Positions 12,981 through 26,850 of a stretch of 64,000 nucleotides of DNA are shown piece by piece. Position numbers and translations under genes: made by a program. Positions within the stretch are counted from its first letter, which is position 1. Every line of letters begins with the position of its first letter. The notes under the pieces were generated by a model. That model was not told the origin of the DNA, did no database searches, and saw only the letters and a list, made by a program, of their open reading frames with translations. The stretch covers positions 53,756,001 through 53,820,000 of the forward strand of contig NC_045707.1 of NCBI RefSeq assembly GCF_009834535.1, in the 5' to 3' direction. The stretch is from Camelus ferus (Eukaryota).

Positions 12981-15900
12981 AATCTCTTACTTGAAGCCTG
13001 AAAAAGCAAAGATTTCATACACTTGCCAAACTTTAGATTCCATATCTCTTATTTGCATACCTCAAAAAATTAAAAGAATTACTTGGAAGTATAAATCTTC
13101 TAGTCCTCATGAGATTTCCCAGCTTTTCTGACTTCTATACTGATATTTCAAGTTGCTTATCAAAGATAATATTGATATTCTCATTGCTTGGATATGAATC
13201 ATGTGATTATAATTAAACAAAATTAGGAAGAAGTTCCTCTTTATTCTACCATATTATGAGGTAAAACTTGAAGAGTAAAGCTTGGATGCTGAGTCTACAT
13301 ATATTGTATTAAATGATTGACAGAGATTTAATGATACAGCAAAAGTACTCGAACCTTCCGTCTGCCCCACTCACTTCACTTGTATTTTCCTTATTTTAAA
13401 ATGTGCAGAGGATAGATTTACACCAAAACATAGATTTTGTCAGATTATGTACAATTTAACAATCTGACGATTAGTTTGGGCATTAGTTATTAAGCTTGGC
13501 TAAATTGAATATTCATGACACTGTCATGCTTAGGTTTTTAGCCCCAAAAATGTACTTATCAGTTTTTGAAGGAGGTTCATCTTAGTAATAGGTATCTTTA
13601 AAATTGATAGTTCTAAATAAATTTTAAAAGATTAATTAGTACCTATCCACACCCACTAGACAAATAGAATTATCCTTGCTTATTTAACAGTCAAATAACT
13701 TAATGTTTGCCAGTTAGTTTTTAAACATCAGTTAACTGTTCCTCACATATATTTCTGTTCTTCACAGTATATAGTCAATTGTAGACACTCAGTGTGAAGC
13801 ATTAGGATAGTTTCTATCTCTGAGGAAATAAGAAGATTGACCCATAGAGAAGTTATGTAAATTTGAGACATGAGTATATTTTACTTCTTAAATTTACCTG
13901 ATATGAAACATCCAAAAATTTGAACAGTTAACTGATTCTCGTATGTAGAAGATCATTGAGTTGTGGATTTTGCTATAGGTTAATGGCAAGTCCCTCACAT
14001 AGTCCAAGTGAAATAATTTGGACCATGTAAGTAAGTTCCAAATTTACATAGAAAAGAAGCAACGGAAGCCAATAAATAATGGTGGGCCCCATCACCCATC
14101 ATGTACTGTAATGTCTTACACTATCTTGAAAGTTTTTGCACCATCTGCACTCCCATGACCTGATGAACTCTTTAGCTGAAGGATTTTAGTTTGTATTTTT
14201 ACCGTGTGATTTGTCTGGATTCACTCTTTTTGTGACTGATAGGTTTTTTGCTTTCCTGTTCAACTCTGCAATCAAAGGGAAAGTCATGATTTTCTTTCAC
14301 ACAACAGAACTATCTTCAGCTACATGTAAAGAAGGAGACTAGGATAAAGGTCTATTTTCTTCTTCCTTCATAGCTGAGATTTGCTGGATACTTAGAAGGA
14401 CCTCTGAAGACTGTTGCTCAAATTCCAAAACTGTTAATTCCCTTCTAGCTGCTACTGGAATTCATGTGTCTGTTGACAGGAAGGCTGGAAGGACAATTTC
14501 TGTACATACACTTCTGGTCCATGCCCTTCAAAAAGACCTAAATATGACTAATTTTTTTAAACTTTTGCAATGAAAAAAATGACATGGCCTCATTACAGGA
14601 AGACCTTTAAGATCCTTAACCTGGGTCCTTCACAAATAATACGCCTTCGTGTGCAGATGAAAATTTAAAAAAAACTACAATAAAGATTAAGTATAAATAT
14701 AGTTCAGAAAAAAATTAAAAATAAACATAGCTCATCTCCTTGCTTTGAGCCAGTAGGATGTCACCACTATTTCGCTGATAAATAACTGAATTCTGAATAA
14801 CAGTCTTTAAGCGAACTGCTAGGAAGAACTATGGATGACAACAAAACAACAGCTTATCTTTTTTTAGCTTTGACACAGGTGAAGTGCTTTCACCTACATT
14901 CTGTTATCACTTTGTCTGACCCACCAGTGATTCCACACCTGCTTGAAAGACCTGGAACCATGAAATCAGTTTCATAACTTATTTCAAAATTGACCTTGGT
15001 ATTTTCTTAAGGGTATATTTCTATGCTTTTTGGAGGGGGAGAGGGAGGGGTCAACTCAATAAAGCTTCCTAAGCAAGGTTTTTCTAAAAATAATTTGGGC
15101 AATGAGAAAAGAAAAAGAAAATTCTGTGGATTTAGATTCTTTTTCAACTGCAAGTCATAAATTATGTGTTTCTCTAGTCTTTGAGTCTGTTTCATATTTG
15201 CATGATTAGCATTGGCCAAAGGTAGGACTGGGCCTCATTGCCTCATTATGTGGTTTGCTCCCTGGGGTTTCGGTTAAATCTTACACAAGCTGAAAACTAA
15301 AAATTTTAATGACATTTTTGTTTTCTTTAAACAAAATATTACTGATTGAATTAGGTCTTTTCTAAAGACTAAGTGTAACTTTCTCAAGTCTATGAATTTT
15401 CTCAAGCTTTAAAATCACAATTTAGAAAGTTTATCAACTTGCTTGGAAAATTTTAAGACCCTTACCTTGAGGAGTCTGAAATGCAAACATAATATTTATA
15501 TTATTTCTGTTATCTCAGCAGGAACAAAATACCAAAGGTATTGAGAAGGGACTCTCATGTTAGTGTAAACAGCCCATCAAGTTTCTTCTACAAAACTGAG
15601 TAATAGAACAATTAACAGTTTCCTTTCTCTGCCAGTGAAATTCTGGCAGCCAAGTGGTTTGACTGACAATGTGATACTTGTGTATTTGTATAGCCAAAGA
15701 GTTTTTAAAAAATTATTGCAATCCCTGTTGTTTTTCTCTGTACAAAGTTGAGGATTATGTCCAAATTAAAAAAAAAAAAAATCCAATTCACCAGCACCAC
15801 CCACCCCTTAGATCTATCGTTTGTCATTTGGAAGAGAGATTTTAGTTGTGGTTTTTTTTTTTTCCATGAATCTGGTTTTATAAAAAAAATCACACTTCTG

Positions 15901-16623
15901 TTAGGCTCGTTGAAAAACCCTACTTTTTGCTGTATGTGTTCATGGACTTAATTTCATCGAAATATTAATATTCATTGTGCGCTAAGGAGTGTCATACTGA
16001 TCTCACCGTCAACAGTTACTGATAGAAATGTATACATATATAAAATATGTAAAACTAATGACCTAGATGTTTCCTTCATTAGCTAGCACAAGTAGTTACA
16101 ACTTGTAAATCTGTGTCATGTATCTTTTGAAGTCTGTAACATGGTGAAGTCCTATGCTTGCTGTTTTTATATCTGTGCCTGCAATTTATTATTCACTGAA
16201 AGCAGCAAAAATTGAGAACTGTTCAAAATTGTGACGACTAAACAGCGTAAGTCCATGTGTATACTTTTTATAAATACTTGTTTTCATGAACTGATTCTTG
16301 TACTTGCCCCCCCCCAAAAGCTGTCATTTGTCTTAAGCATAAATTTAAAGGTAGTCAGTGAGAGAATCTTGTGAACTGAAGTGGGAAGAAAATATCTATT
16401 CTGTTATTTCTATTCTTTCATTTTAAATCATGTGGGCATAGAAATCAAAACATTCCTATCTGAGAGTAAAACTAATGGAAAATATAACCAGAAGTGGCTA
16501 ATATGGTGAATTAATGTTTTATGCAATTTAAAGGAAATTTGACTCAAAATAAAAAAAAAGTGAATTTCCAAAAGATACGGGACTCTCTGGTGAAGCCTAT
16601 TCAATGAGATACTTGGATTAGGT

Positions 16624-16637
16624 GCACCATCTAGTGG
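16624..16637 (-). promoter_or_regulatory. Candidate CTCF site
   Basis: Minus strand CCACTAGATGGTGC, one mismatch to the CCASYAGRKGGCRS core. Confidence 0.55.
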
Positions 16638-16698
16638 TCAACTTTCACACTCCCAGTACGAGTGCCTAAAGACCCCTTGTCCTGGTGCTCTGCTTTGA

Positions 16699-16700
<2 letters not shown>

Positions 16701-16740
<40 letters not shown>

Positions 16741-16745
16741 ACACA
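16701..16745. repeat. (AC)n microsatellite
   Basis: Direct inspection. Confidence 0.95.
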
Positions 16746-17725
16746 TATAATTATTATTTCAGAAGTTCTGATTTTTTATGAAAGTATCTGAAAAATATTC
16801 TAATCCTATAATCACAGATTTACTTTAAAAAGGAAAAGCCTAAATATATAAATCAACAACTGCCTCATGTAAAACAAGGATTTTGTTGTTTAATTCTCAG
16901 TTTTACCATTTTCGTACTAATTAAAAAAAAATAGATGAAAGAACTGCACTCTAAAATGTAAAAACATACTAGACTTCTATCATTGCTATTCAAGGTTTAT
17001 AAATGATAACCCTTGTGGAGTTTGATATCAATAGTACTGTTTTTTAATCAAACTTCATAAAGGTAATTATGCTTAATAAAGAGTAAGCTGACTCAAACAT
17101 GCATTTTTCTAGCAAGAATAATATTGAGTAATTCTACTTAAAGTACACAGTGGCTTTTCTTGCAAGTCATGGATTAACCCTTTGTGAAGCTGTGGGTATT
17201 TTTGTTGGAATTGAAGTAGTCCTGAATAGAAGTAGGGGTAGACAAGATTGAATTTGAATTTTTAGCAACATTTAAAATTTTAAATTAGAATCACTGATAT
17301 TCCAGAAGGAAAAGTAAATACCCATATAGATTTTAACTAAGAAATTTTCATTAAGAAATTCCACTTATTTATCCTAATATGAAATAATAGCAGAATAATC
17401 AACTTAACATTCTCTCAAAGATTAAAATTTTCTTCCACTTTTCTTTCTTAGCATGTCCCAAGAAGAAATGGCCCAATGATTCAGATTCTCCTTAACTTGA
17501 ACACTAGGCACATGCAGTCCTAGTCTTCCCATGTTATCTTCACAGTCCAACTCATTAAATAGAGCCCAGAAGGACTTCCTGCTCCAACAAATGAGACCAA
17601 TTAGAAAAATTAGGAAAGGACTTGGAGATTCCAGCACTTCTGAGGCCACTGAGAGGCTACAATGGCATCCTGGAATTAGCAAACGAGATAAAAAAAAAGC
17701 CACCTGGTTCTGAGAAAGACAAAAA

Positions 17726-17726
<1 letters not shown>

Positions 17727-17773
<47 letters not shown>
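17727..17773. repeat. (AC)n microsatellite
   Basis: Direct inspection. Confidence 0.95.
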
Positions 17774-17777
<4 letters not shown>

Positions 17778-18189
17778 CTTAAAGCCTCACTCCCTGGCAA
17801 TAACATGTCTCCACACTTACACTCAGATTTTATGTTGTTTTGTTGCAATTCTAGATCACGAGTGATGTTTAACTACACTAGTTTAAATAAAAACAAACAA
17901 CAGCAAAACATTAAATGTGGAAGATTCACTATCCCAAGGGCCATATGTGATATTCAAGTATACATGTCTCATTAGTGATGATCTAAATGCGCTGGTATTT
18001 GCTAAAAACACCAGCCTTAATATTCCAGAGTAAAAATTGTCCTCTCTAAGTCGTTTTTTACAGGGTTGAGAATGATTACTAACTAATGGTTGAAGAAATC
18101 AATCAATGAACCATGAATCAACAAAGCCAAAAATACATTTAGACTAAAGGAAATCACACTACTGTGCAGGAAACTATAAACCACACTGT

Positions 18190-18667
18190 TGTGAACGAAA
18201 ATACTACAAACCATATCAGTAAACAAAGACTGCTGAAACCAAGTCATCAGCGGCTGCCTCCACCCCCCAGTGAAGACAAGCCTGCAGCCCAGCCTCTGCA
18301 GCCACTCACAATGGTGCACCCCGAGGGGACTCAGAATAAGAAAGGACAGGATACTGGCCCTAGATAGCGAGATGCTTGTCAAAGGAATGAATTCAATGAG
18401 CCCAAATGTTTGCTTCCTCCCATACATAGAAAAGCGCTGAATTCTTTAACTTGAGATGCTTGGTTTTCTTCAATTAACAAGTAAGCGTTTAATGTTTTTC
18501 CAACCACCTGGTCTTTGTTGTAAAGCTCCTATATATCCTAACTCCTCCCCTACCTCTTTGGAGCAGGCCCTCAGAGCGATCTGGGAGGCTGTCATCCTGG
18601 CTTGAGTCCTCCCCCTAAATAAAACATAACTCTCAACTTTTAGGCTGTGCATTTATTTCAGTCGACA
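18190..18667 (+). mobile_element. Solo LTR, ERV1-type (local family A)
   Basis: TGTGAACG...GTCGACA termini, 4-bp TSD CTGT, TATA-like near 18530, AATAAA at 18618; homologous to 39179-39646 in inverted orientation. Confidence 0.88.
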
Positions 18668-18942
18668 CTGTAATGTAATCCTAGATAATAATTATCACAG
18701 TTTCAAAGAACTAACTTGTGTACAAGGTCAAAAAGATATTCAGGAAAGTGTCGGCGTGAGCCATGGCTAGAGTCACCATACAGTTGGGTTTTCCCAGAAC
18801 AGTACTGAGTTTCTCAGTTTATGATACGTACTGTCCTTCCTCTCTTTCTGAGTCCTCATGTTTTTCATAAATAAGGAGATATGACAGAGTGACATGATCA
18901 CTAGTAATGAAAGAAATAATGAAATTTAAACTTTGATATTTC

Positions 18943-19579
18943 TGAGACAGGATGGAAGGGGGCAGGGCACAGCCATTCAAGGAATGCTACAGCAATTAAC
19001 ATCAAAATGGTGAAAGATTCAACACCCAGTAGGCCTTGAGGCTCAAGATGGTGGGAGATTTAACTTCTAGCAGATCTTGAGCACCATTATATGCTCATTG
19101 TAATATATTAACATGGTGAAAGACATGCCCACAGGCGCCATGACAGTCCCAAGGCTAGCCACAAAAGGTCAAAGAGTGGGAAATGGCCAACTGCCTAGGA
19201 ATCCCAGCCCCTTCCCCAGGCTACTTAAGACTGGACCTTCCACTTATTAGCATATAAAGCCACCAAGCCCTTAAAAACCAGCAACATGGTGCCTCGGGGC
19301 TGCCCCTCTCTCTCCCTTTTTGAAGACAGCCCAAACACTCTGTCTATGGAGTGTGTACCTACTTTTAATCTGAGCACCCAGCCCCCACACTTTGTAGCCT
19401 TTCTCTTGCCTTTCAATGTATCTCTCTGAATGAATCTACCTTCATTCAACTGTGGCTCGCTCTTGAATTCTTTCCTGTGCGAAATCAAGGACCCCACCCT
19501 TGGCGGAGCACGTCCTAGGGGCTCAACCAAGACCTCGGACACAGCCCTTCTCACGCCCCACATCTGTTTTCCTGCATCA
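18943..19579 (+). mobile_element. Solo LTR, ERV1-type (local family B)
   Basis: TGAGACAGGATGG...CCTGCATCA termini, 4-bp TSD TTTC, CATATAAA near 19251; homologous to 38088-38728. Confidence 0.88.
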
Positions 19580-19639
19580 TTTCTATCCAGTTTTCAGAAA
19601 GAAAATACAAATGTGTGGCTAACAGTAAGAATTTTCTTT

Positions 19640-19784
19640 TTAAAAATTTACAATTTAAATTTATTTATTGTTTTGGCTAACGTTTTTAGGGGGTTAGTTA
19701 TTTTTTTAATTGAGTTGCTGGGGATTGAACTCAGGACCTCATGCATGCTAAGCATGCACTTTACCACTGCGCTATATCCTCCCT
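19640..19784 (-). mobile_element. tRNA-derived SINE (camelid Vic-1 type)
   Basis: Reverse complement reads GGGAGGATATAGCGCAGTGGTAAAGTGCATGCTTAGCATGCATGAGGTCCTGAGTTCAATCCCCAG plus A-rich tail; near-TSD agaattttcttt/agagttttcttt. Confidence 0.85.
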
Positions 19785-20550
19785 TCCGAGAGTTTTCTTT
19801 CACATTCAGTGTTCTTTATGTTTTCAGTTGATGCACATCTAACAAAAATTTGGCAAAATACCTGCCCACCAGTATTTTTGAGTTCTCACATACTTGATAT
19901 AAAACTTTATTTTTTAAAACAAGCTTTAACCCCCCCCCCCAAAAAAATGTAATGTGATTAAGACAAATTTGGTAACTAGAATGGCTTTTTTTAAAATCAT
20001 AATTTCCCCTAGAAAGGAGATTTTTTTCAAAGTTTAACTCTAATTTGAATAACTCTTACTAACATATCCAGCAAGGTTTGTGTTATTACGTAACAATAAC
20101 TTGGAAAAGTCCAATGTAAAGAACTGCTTTTTGTTTTATTTTGTTTGTTTTGATTTGTTTTGTTTTGCTAGAAGTGAGGCTTTTGTGGAGTTAATTGAAG
20201 CCATGAAGCCCTAAAGCGTTGAAAAGTTCTCCTAGTCAATCTAAGCAGGCTCAGCCCGGATCTGGCCAGGTCTCCAAGCAAGGAAAGACGGCTTCGGAAT
20301 AAACACTAACCCCTGAGCACAGGGAGAAATCAGGAAACAGCAAAGACTTGATAGACTGATCAGGGATCTTGCCGGTAGTTCTAATGTGTTTGTGCCTAAG
20401 GGTTTCTTCCTCTTTCCAATCTTAAAACATGGTTTTAGGAACCTGGGCTTAAACTGACACCATACATTGTATTCCTAGCTTTTGTACTAAATCTTTATGT
20501 CTGATTCTATACAGGCCTTCTAACACCTTTACTTTCAATACTTGTATTAA

Positions 20551-20564
20551 CCACTAGATGGCAA
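20551..20564 (+). promoter_or_regulatory. Candidate CTCF site with adjacent octamer (ATGCAAAT 20569-20576)
   Basis: CCACTAGATGGCAA matches the CTCF core except the last base. Confidence 0.5.
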
Positions 20565-21733
20565 TGTAATGCAAATTATAAGCCAGGCAGAAAAAAACGA
20601 AGGGACTAATTTTACTTGGTGAATTGTTTTTCTAGCTTTCATTTCCTCACAAATAATTTTTTTAAAAATCTATGAGTTGGATTCATAAATGGGACCCTGC
20701 TATTCATGTTCCTCATCCCCCATCAAGTTTTTTTAAAATTACTATGTTAAGTTATAGGAAAAAACGCCTTGTATACATAAAAGTAATTATTTTCTAGCTA
20801 GTTGATCACAGCAGGAATCTATTATTTGTCATTTTCAATCTCAATGTTAAATATTGTAACCCAGCGAATATTAGAAATGTGTGTGTTAGAATTATAGGAA
20901 AATTTATATATTACTCTTTTCTAGGATAAGAAAATACATTTTTATTTGAGTTACCCTGTATAGTCTATTTTTCAAAATAATTAGAAGGCAAAAAGAATAG
21001 CCTTTCCTTAAAACCTATTAAATATGATTTCATCTTTGCTAATTGGAAATGCTCTTTGTATGATACAAATGCTCCGAGAATTGTGGGTTTGAAAATGATC
21101 CAGGCTGTAGCCAGCTGAGAAGGTCTCCAGTGTTAGTGAGCTCCTCAGCCCATAAGTCCCGCCCCAAGCCCACCACCTCCAAGGAGGTTAGGACAGCCCT
21201 CCGGGTTCCCCCCAAGCCTTAAACGTGTATCTATGTTATTTACTTTTCTCTTCAAAATACTCCTGAATGTTCATTTTAATTTTATTTCACTGCTTTAAGA
21301 GTATGCAGCAAAACTGAAGGGACTCACTCAGGGTGAAGTCCCAGCAGCTCCACACATTTCAGTGGTCTTTCTCAAAATCCTGGTGGTGAACACAACTGAT
21401 TTTAGGCAATGGAAGGAGGTAAAACACAAGCAGTAATAGAGACTCCCATTTGAAAGATTAAATGATACATCTGCATTTATTGTGGGTCCTGGATATGTTT
21501 ACAATTCTGTTCCATTTACTGACTGTAGATTAACAGCTACTAGGAAAGAACACTTTGTCACTAGCATCCACAGTGTACGCATAGCATTTTCCAACATTTA
21601 CACAAATTAAATTTTAGTTTTGCTAACGACTTGAACAAGCGTTTATGATTAACCTCTACATCCAAAACGTGATTCCCTTTCTTGTCCAACACCTGTTCCC
21701 TCAAAACTGAGAAGAATCGAAGAGAAGGGGGAT

Positions 21734-22215
21734 TGAGACAGCAGGACCCCATGGGGCCCTCCAGGGCATTAAACCCTTCGCCTGTTTCTTGTTTGTAGGA
21801 AAATGGCTTTCAGCTTCCTAGACCTTCCAAAGGGCAGATTCAACCAGTTACTAATTAGGAGAGTGAGGGAATGCAGAGAGAAACAACAGTGCAGCAACGA
21901 GGCCTGGGCCTGTTTCCTCCTTGGGGGATGTGCATACCATTTGATACACATCTCTGAGTTCTTCTAAAGGAGCTAAGGCCCCCCCACCCCCAACTGGGTG
22001 GAGGATGGTAACTTCAGGCTGAGCACAAGCCTAGTTGGAACCAGAAAGCTGATGACTGAGGTTCCTGGAGCACCATCCCATTACCTCACCACCGGCCAAT
22101 CAGAGGAGGGTTACACACCCTACAGCCCTTTGCAAATTTTGCCCAGAAAAACTTCTTCCCTGAAACCCACCAGGGAGTTCGGGTCTTTGGAGCACGAACC
22201 ACCCATTCTCCTTGA
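21734..22215 (+). mobile_element. ERV1-like LTR fragment, 3' end not seen
   Basis: Starts TGAGACAGCAGGACCCC; CCAAT box (ggccaatcagagg); GC-richer LTR-like composition. Confidence 0.55.
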
Positions 22216-22359
22216 CTTTCATGGAAAGAGTTTGCAGAATTGCTGAGGCTATATTTTGACAAGAGAACCCCCCCCCACACACACACACACCCCATTGTAA
22301 TAACATAGCAATTACTAGCAAGCGATTGCATTCAGTCTACTGCTGGGAGAAGTTCAAGA

Positions 22360-22770
22360 GTGTAAAGAACTTTAAGGGATCTGAGGTTTTGCTCTACTTT
22401 CAAGCAATCACGTTAACCTGCTACAGTTTCATGGATGCTTGCAAAAGATGCGGGACTCCTGGCTCAGACCAAAAACATTTATCTTGCCCCGCACAGCAAG
22501 TAGTGTACGTCTCACATGTTTCACGTTCATGCTGTTTCTCTGGTCTCCCCCGCAAGTCTCGTGGAGTAATCTGGTGATTGCTGCTCATGCAATGGCTTTG
22601 TGTCACAGATGAGAAGCCCTGAGCTTGGGGAACCTCACTCTTTTATAATGAGCTGCAAATAATGAAAGCATTATTTTTATTATATGAAACAGTAGGCACT
22701 CTGCTCCAGAGGGAGACACTATGCAATCTTCCAAGGATGTTTGCTATGCAAATAGCCATGAAAACTTACT
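22360..22770 (-). mobile_element. Old eutherian LTR (MER-type), related to 31435-31800
   Basis: agggatctgaggttttgctctactttcaagc...tttcatggatgcttgcaaaagatgcgggactcctggctcagac shared with the 31.5 kb copy. Confidence 0.6.
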
Positions 22771-23019
22771 CCCGAAGAAAGTCTGCTGGCACCTTTGCTC
22801 ACGAGATATGCAGAAACGCAGGAAACCCCTGTAAGGCAGAAGTTGCTTTCCCAGGGCTGGTGCAGGCATGCAGACAGACTGATAACTGCAGTGGAGTGGG
22901 AACCCTGAGAAACCACCCCCCCCCAGCACTTCAGATGCCACACTAAATACAAAGTAAAGAAATTCACTGCTGGATAAATTATAAGTCAGCAGTGTGCTGA
23001 GAGTAACAGTAGCGACAAC

Positions 23020-24010
23020 CAAGTCACACCAGGCTTTACTGCCGACCAGACTACTTCAACCCACAGACTAATCAGCTGACGGAAGAGAAATGTGCTCATT
23101 TCTGGGTGTAAGTACTGTTTACCTCAGTCTCTCCTGTTATACTACACATGATGTCTGGCATTTAATTAAAAATGACAAGTCAGACTACAAGTAACTGCTG
23201 TGACGAACTGAAGCAATCAATAGAACCAGCTACAAAGACGACCCAGGGAATTTAAAATAGCTGTGATGGTACGTAAAAGGACCCAAAGGAGGGATCCATT
23301 AGAATTTCTGGTTTCTGATTCTGCATGTGAGGCGCTCGGTGTTAGCCATTCTGTCCCAACAACCAGTTAAAGGTGAACAGACTGAAAAATCAACAACTTT
23401 TCTTGGGTTCATTAGAGAGGGGAGGACACAGGGCAACTGGGAGGCACAAACAGGCGAATACTAGGCGTGGAGGCTCAAAGTGGAAATTGCCCTGAGAACC
23501 AGTGCCAGGGTGGGAAAACCTGAACTGTAATTGTTCAAATGCTGGAAGCTCAGAGCAGACAAATCAGAGTTAAAAGCTCCCCACGGGAACCAGTCATGGG
23601 GAGGGTGTGTCCACAACATCGTAAAATTTACATCCAGGAGCTAGACAGATTGTCATAGAAAATATCCCAGAAAAATTCCCTCCTGCTTCCACCAGGAGGA
23701 GGTGAAGAGAGCGCAGAGGATTTTTAGGGCAGTGAAAATACTCTGTGTGATACTACAATGATGCATACGTGTCATTTTGCATTTGTCCAGACACTTAGAA
23801 GGTACAACAGCAAGAACCAGTAATACAAACTATGGATTTGGTATGTGTCAGTGAGGATTCATCAGGTGTAACAAATGGACCACTCTGGTGGGGGATGTTG
23901 ATAATGGGGTAGGCTGTGCATGTGTGAGGGCAGCAGGCAGAGGGGAAATTTCTGTAACTTCCTCCCCCAATTTTGCTGCTTAAAAAATATACTCTTATTA
24001 AAAAATAAGA
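23020..24010 (+). mobile_element. L1 fragments ending in an L1MC-like 3' UTR
   Basis: ggatttttagggcagtgaaaatactctgtgtgatact...ccactctggtgggggatgttgataatggggtaggctgtgcatgtgt is typical of an L1MC 3' end. Confidence 0.7.
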
Positions 24011-24229
24011 CCTTAAAAGACCTAAATACACAGTTTTTTCATTCCTGATGTTACAGCTGCATCACAGTGATACATGAAATAAATTACAAGCTATTACTAT
24101 TACCAGTTTGCTTTAGTGTTATTATTTGTAAAGGAAAACAGATGTTCACCAACAGCTCATCTTACCTACCTGGCCATGATGTAATATTAGTCTAAATATA
24201 TCCATGATCTAGTGATGGAACATCTTATC

Positions 24230-24505
24230 CTCAGAGAAGCATTTCTTGATCACCAAATTGAAGTGACCCTCCAGGATTTCTCCATTACATTTCTTTCTTT
24301 TCTTTATAAAACAAAGCATGACAATAATTTATAGCATTATTATTCTTCTTCATTGTTTAGTTTCTTATTCTGTCTCCCATCTTTTAGAATGTGGTCTCCA
24401 GGATAGATGGGAGTGACCTTATAGCCTTGCTCATTCCTGTTCCCTTAACACCTTGAGTAGTTCCTGACACAGAGCAGGGGTCCAATACATATTTGTTGAA
24501 TTAAT
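24230..24505 (-). mobile_element. L2 3' fragment
   Basis: tagaatgtggtctccagga...cctgacacagagcaggggtccaatacatatttgttgaattaat. Confidence 0.6.
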
Positions 24506-25534
24506 AACTGCGTGGACTCTTAAATCTCAAAAATGTGTTCAACCATACACCAGTTTTGGAAGAAGCCCATAGAATAAGAGTTACGCAGTCAGATGAATCT
24601 GGTTAATGCTACACGCTATATACTCTGCTTGGAAGTTCATCATGCCTTTTGGTCTGGTAAAGTCTCCAAGAAGCCCTGCAGTAAAGACGCTGTCTAGCCT
24701 TTGCTGAGGCCAGGACTTTTCAGCTTATTTTATCACGTCAAGTAGGCTAAGGCCTGAGTCGGAGGCTTGGGAAAGGAAGTCTGTAATCTATAAAAACACA
24801 GATTCCTTCATCTCTCTCGTAGAATCGAAGAGAAGCCCATTTCTCTCTAGCTTTAGGACTTCCTTCCTGATAGTAAGGACATAAACAGAATGAGCATATC
24901 ATTCTGGTTAATCTAATATAGATGCAGATCTAGAATGAATCCAGGAATTATTCATACAACTCTCAGAATGAGCCTGCTTAAAAGGTGTCCAGTTGACCTG
25001 ACTCACTGCAGATACACCAAGATAACTCGGAGCTTCATTTCAAATCGACCAAACAGCGGTGTTCCAGGCATAGTTCATCTCTGCATTTTGCAGACAGATT
25101 GAAACAAGGCTGTGTACATATTTCAAAGAGTGTTTGAATTACTTTGAAGAGGCAAAAAAAAAAAAAAGAGAGAGAGAGAGAGAATACCCTTACTTGCATC
25201 TTTTTGAAGTTGTCATGCTTCTTTGTAGATCATTAGAAATATTCAGAAAATTTGTCAATTCTTTGTCTATAGGAAAAAAAAAGATTTTGCCTCTAATCTC
25301 AGCATGTTTACTCATTAAATTGTTCAACAAACTAAGGCTGAGGAGACAGTTAAAACGGGAATGGGTCTTCCATGACTAGTGAAAAATAAAAACAGAAACC
25401 AAAAAATCCAGTTTGTACCATCCTAACAATGTCCACTTAAAATACATGTTATGTTTTATACAGTGAAAAACTTACAGGCTTATACATTGAATAGTAATCA
25501 TTTCATACATTCTGGTGAATTTTTTAAAAGTCAG

Positions 25535-26830
25535 AGTATAAATTATGAAACAAAATGTATACAAATCCTAAGTGTACAGTTGGGTGAATATTTTTAAAGT
25601 GAACACAGCCATGTAAGTACTGCTCTTTCCAGTCCAGAATAACTCACTACCAGCACCACAAAAGCCATTCCTATGACACCTCTGTCCAGAGTGTAGCTAA
25701 ACTACTTCATAGTTTTGCAGCCTCGGCACCCATTTTCTTTGGCCAAGCAGCCTGCTGTGACCTTCAGTTTACACCAGCCCATCATGCAGTCGTGCAAGCC
25801 GGTGCCCTAGGTAGCAGCCCACAGAGTCATAAGGAATGTGGGTTCCAGATAAGACTTCCCCAACCGCCCTGTGGCCAGCAGTCCTCTCTGCATTCCAATG
25901 CCGTTCCCTTATGTGCCACTTACATAAGAACCCCCTGGGACTTAACAAAACCCTGCTTTTTTGGTTTGAGTTGACCAATCCAGCATTAGCCAGGGAACCC
26001 CAAAGCTTTCCACCCATGAACTTTAATAAAAGCATGTGCCCAGGTCCTGACACTCTCTCTGCCTGCACTCTGCCTTAACCTCCCCATCTGGCCCCGCCCG
26101 GAGCGCCGGGTCCTTCCTCCAGGATCTATGAAAAGTTAACTTTTCTATTTCAGTTTCTCTTCTGCTCAGTTATTGAACCATGGCTCATTATCCAGCACCC
26201 CGTGCTCTACTTAACAAGCGTTAATATGACAAATTCGTAGCATCTTCTAATCACACCCTACCCTCTTTCCAAAGGGTCACTATTGTCTTTATGTTTAACA
26301 TCCAACAGATTAATTTTGGCAGGTTTTAAACTTTATAAAGTGGAATAATTCAGTACATAATCTTACCTATATGGTTTCTTCCACTTTTTGTTTTTTGAGA
26401 TTCTTTCATGTAGATGTGTGTGCAGCACTGGCATGTTATTTTCATTGCCATATGACATTCCATTGTAGAAACATACTGCCCCCCCCCAAATTAACCCTTT
26501 CTACTCCTGATTGACATTTGGATTGTTTCCAGTTTGCAGCTACTAGGTATAATGCCACTGTTAAGATCCTTGTAGACATCTTTCAGTACACATTTGTATA
26601 TATTTCTATTAATTATACACTTAAGATTGAAATTCCTACAACTTAGTGTCAATGCAGTTTTTCAAAATTTATACTGCTACCAGCAGTAAGAAAGTTCAAA
26701 TTATTCCCCAGCCTTGCTAACACTTGGTGGTGTTATTTTTCTTAACTTTAGCCATTCTGGTGAATGTGTATTAGAATTCTATTATAGTTTTGATTCATTT
26801 TCCCTGATGACAAATGAACTTGCAGATGGA
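25535..26830 (-). mobile_element. Old L1 3' region interrupted by an LTR
   Basis: aaatgtatacaaatcctaagtgtacagttgggtgaa...; gacatttggattgtttccagtttg...; tttagccattctggtg. Confidence 0.65.
25692..26231 (+). mobile_element. Solo LTR nested in L1 (boundaries approximate)
   Basis: GC-richer block beginning TGTAGC, CCAAT boxes, ctttAATAAAagc near 26025; interrupts L1 homology. Confidence 0.55.
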
Positions 26831-26850
26831 TATTCATTACTTAAGTATCT

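Noticed and set aside
17422..17975. ORFs with CVCV/THTH runs (also 55993-56217)
   Set aside because: Translations of (AC)n microsatellites.
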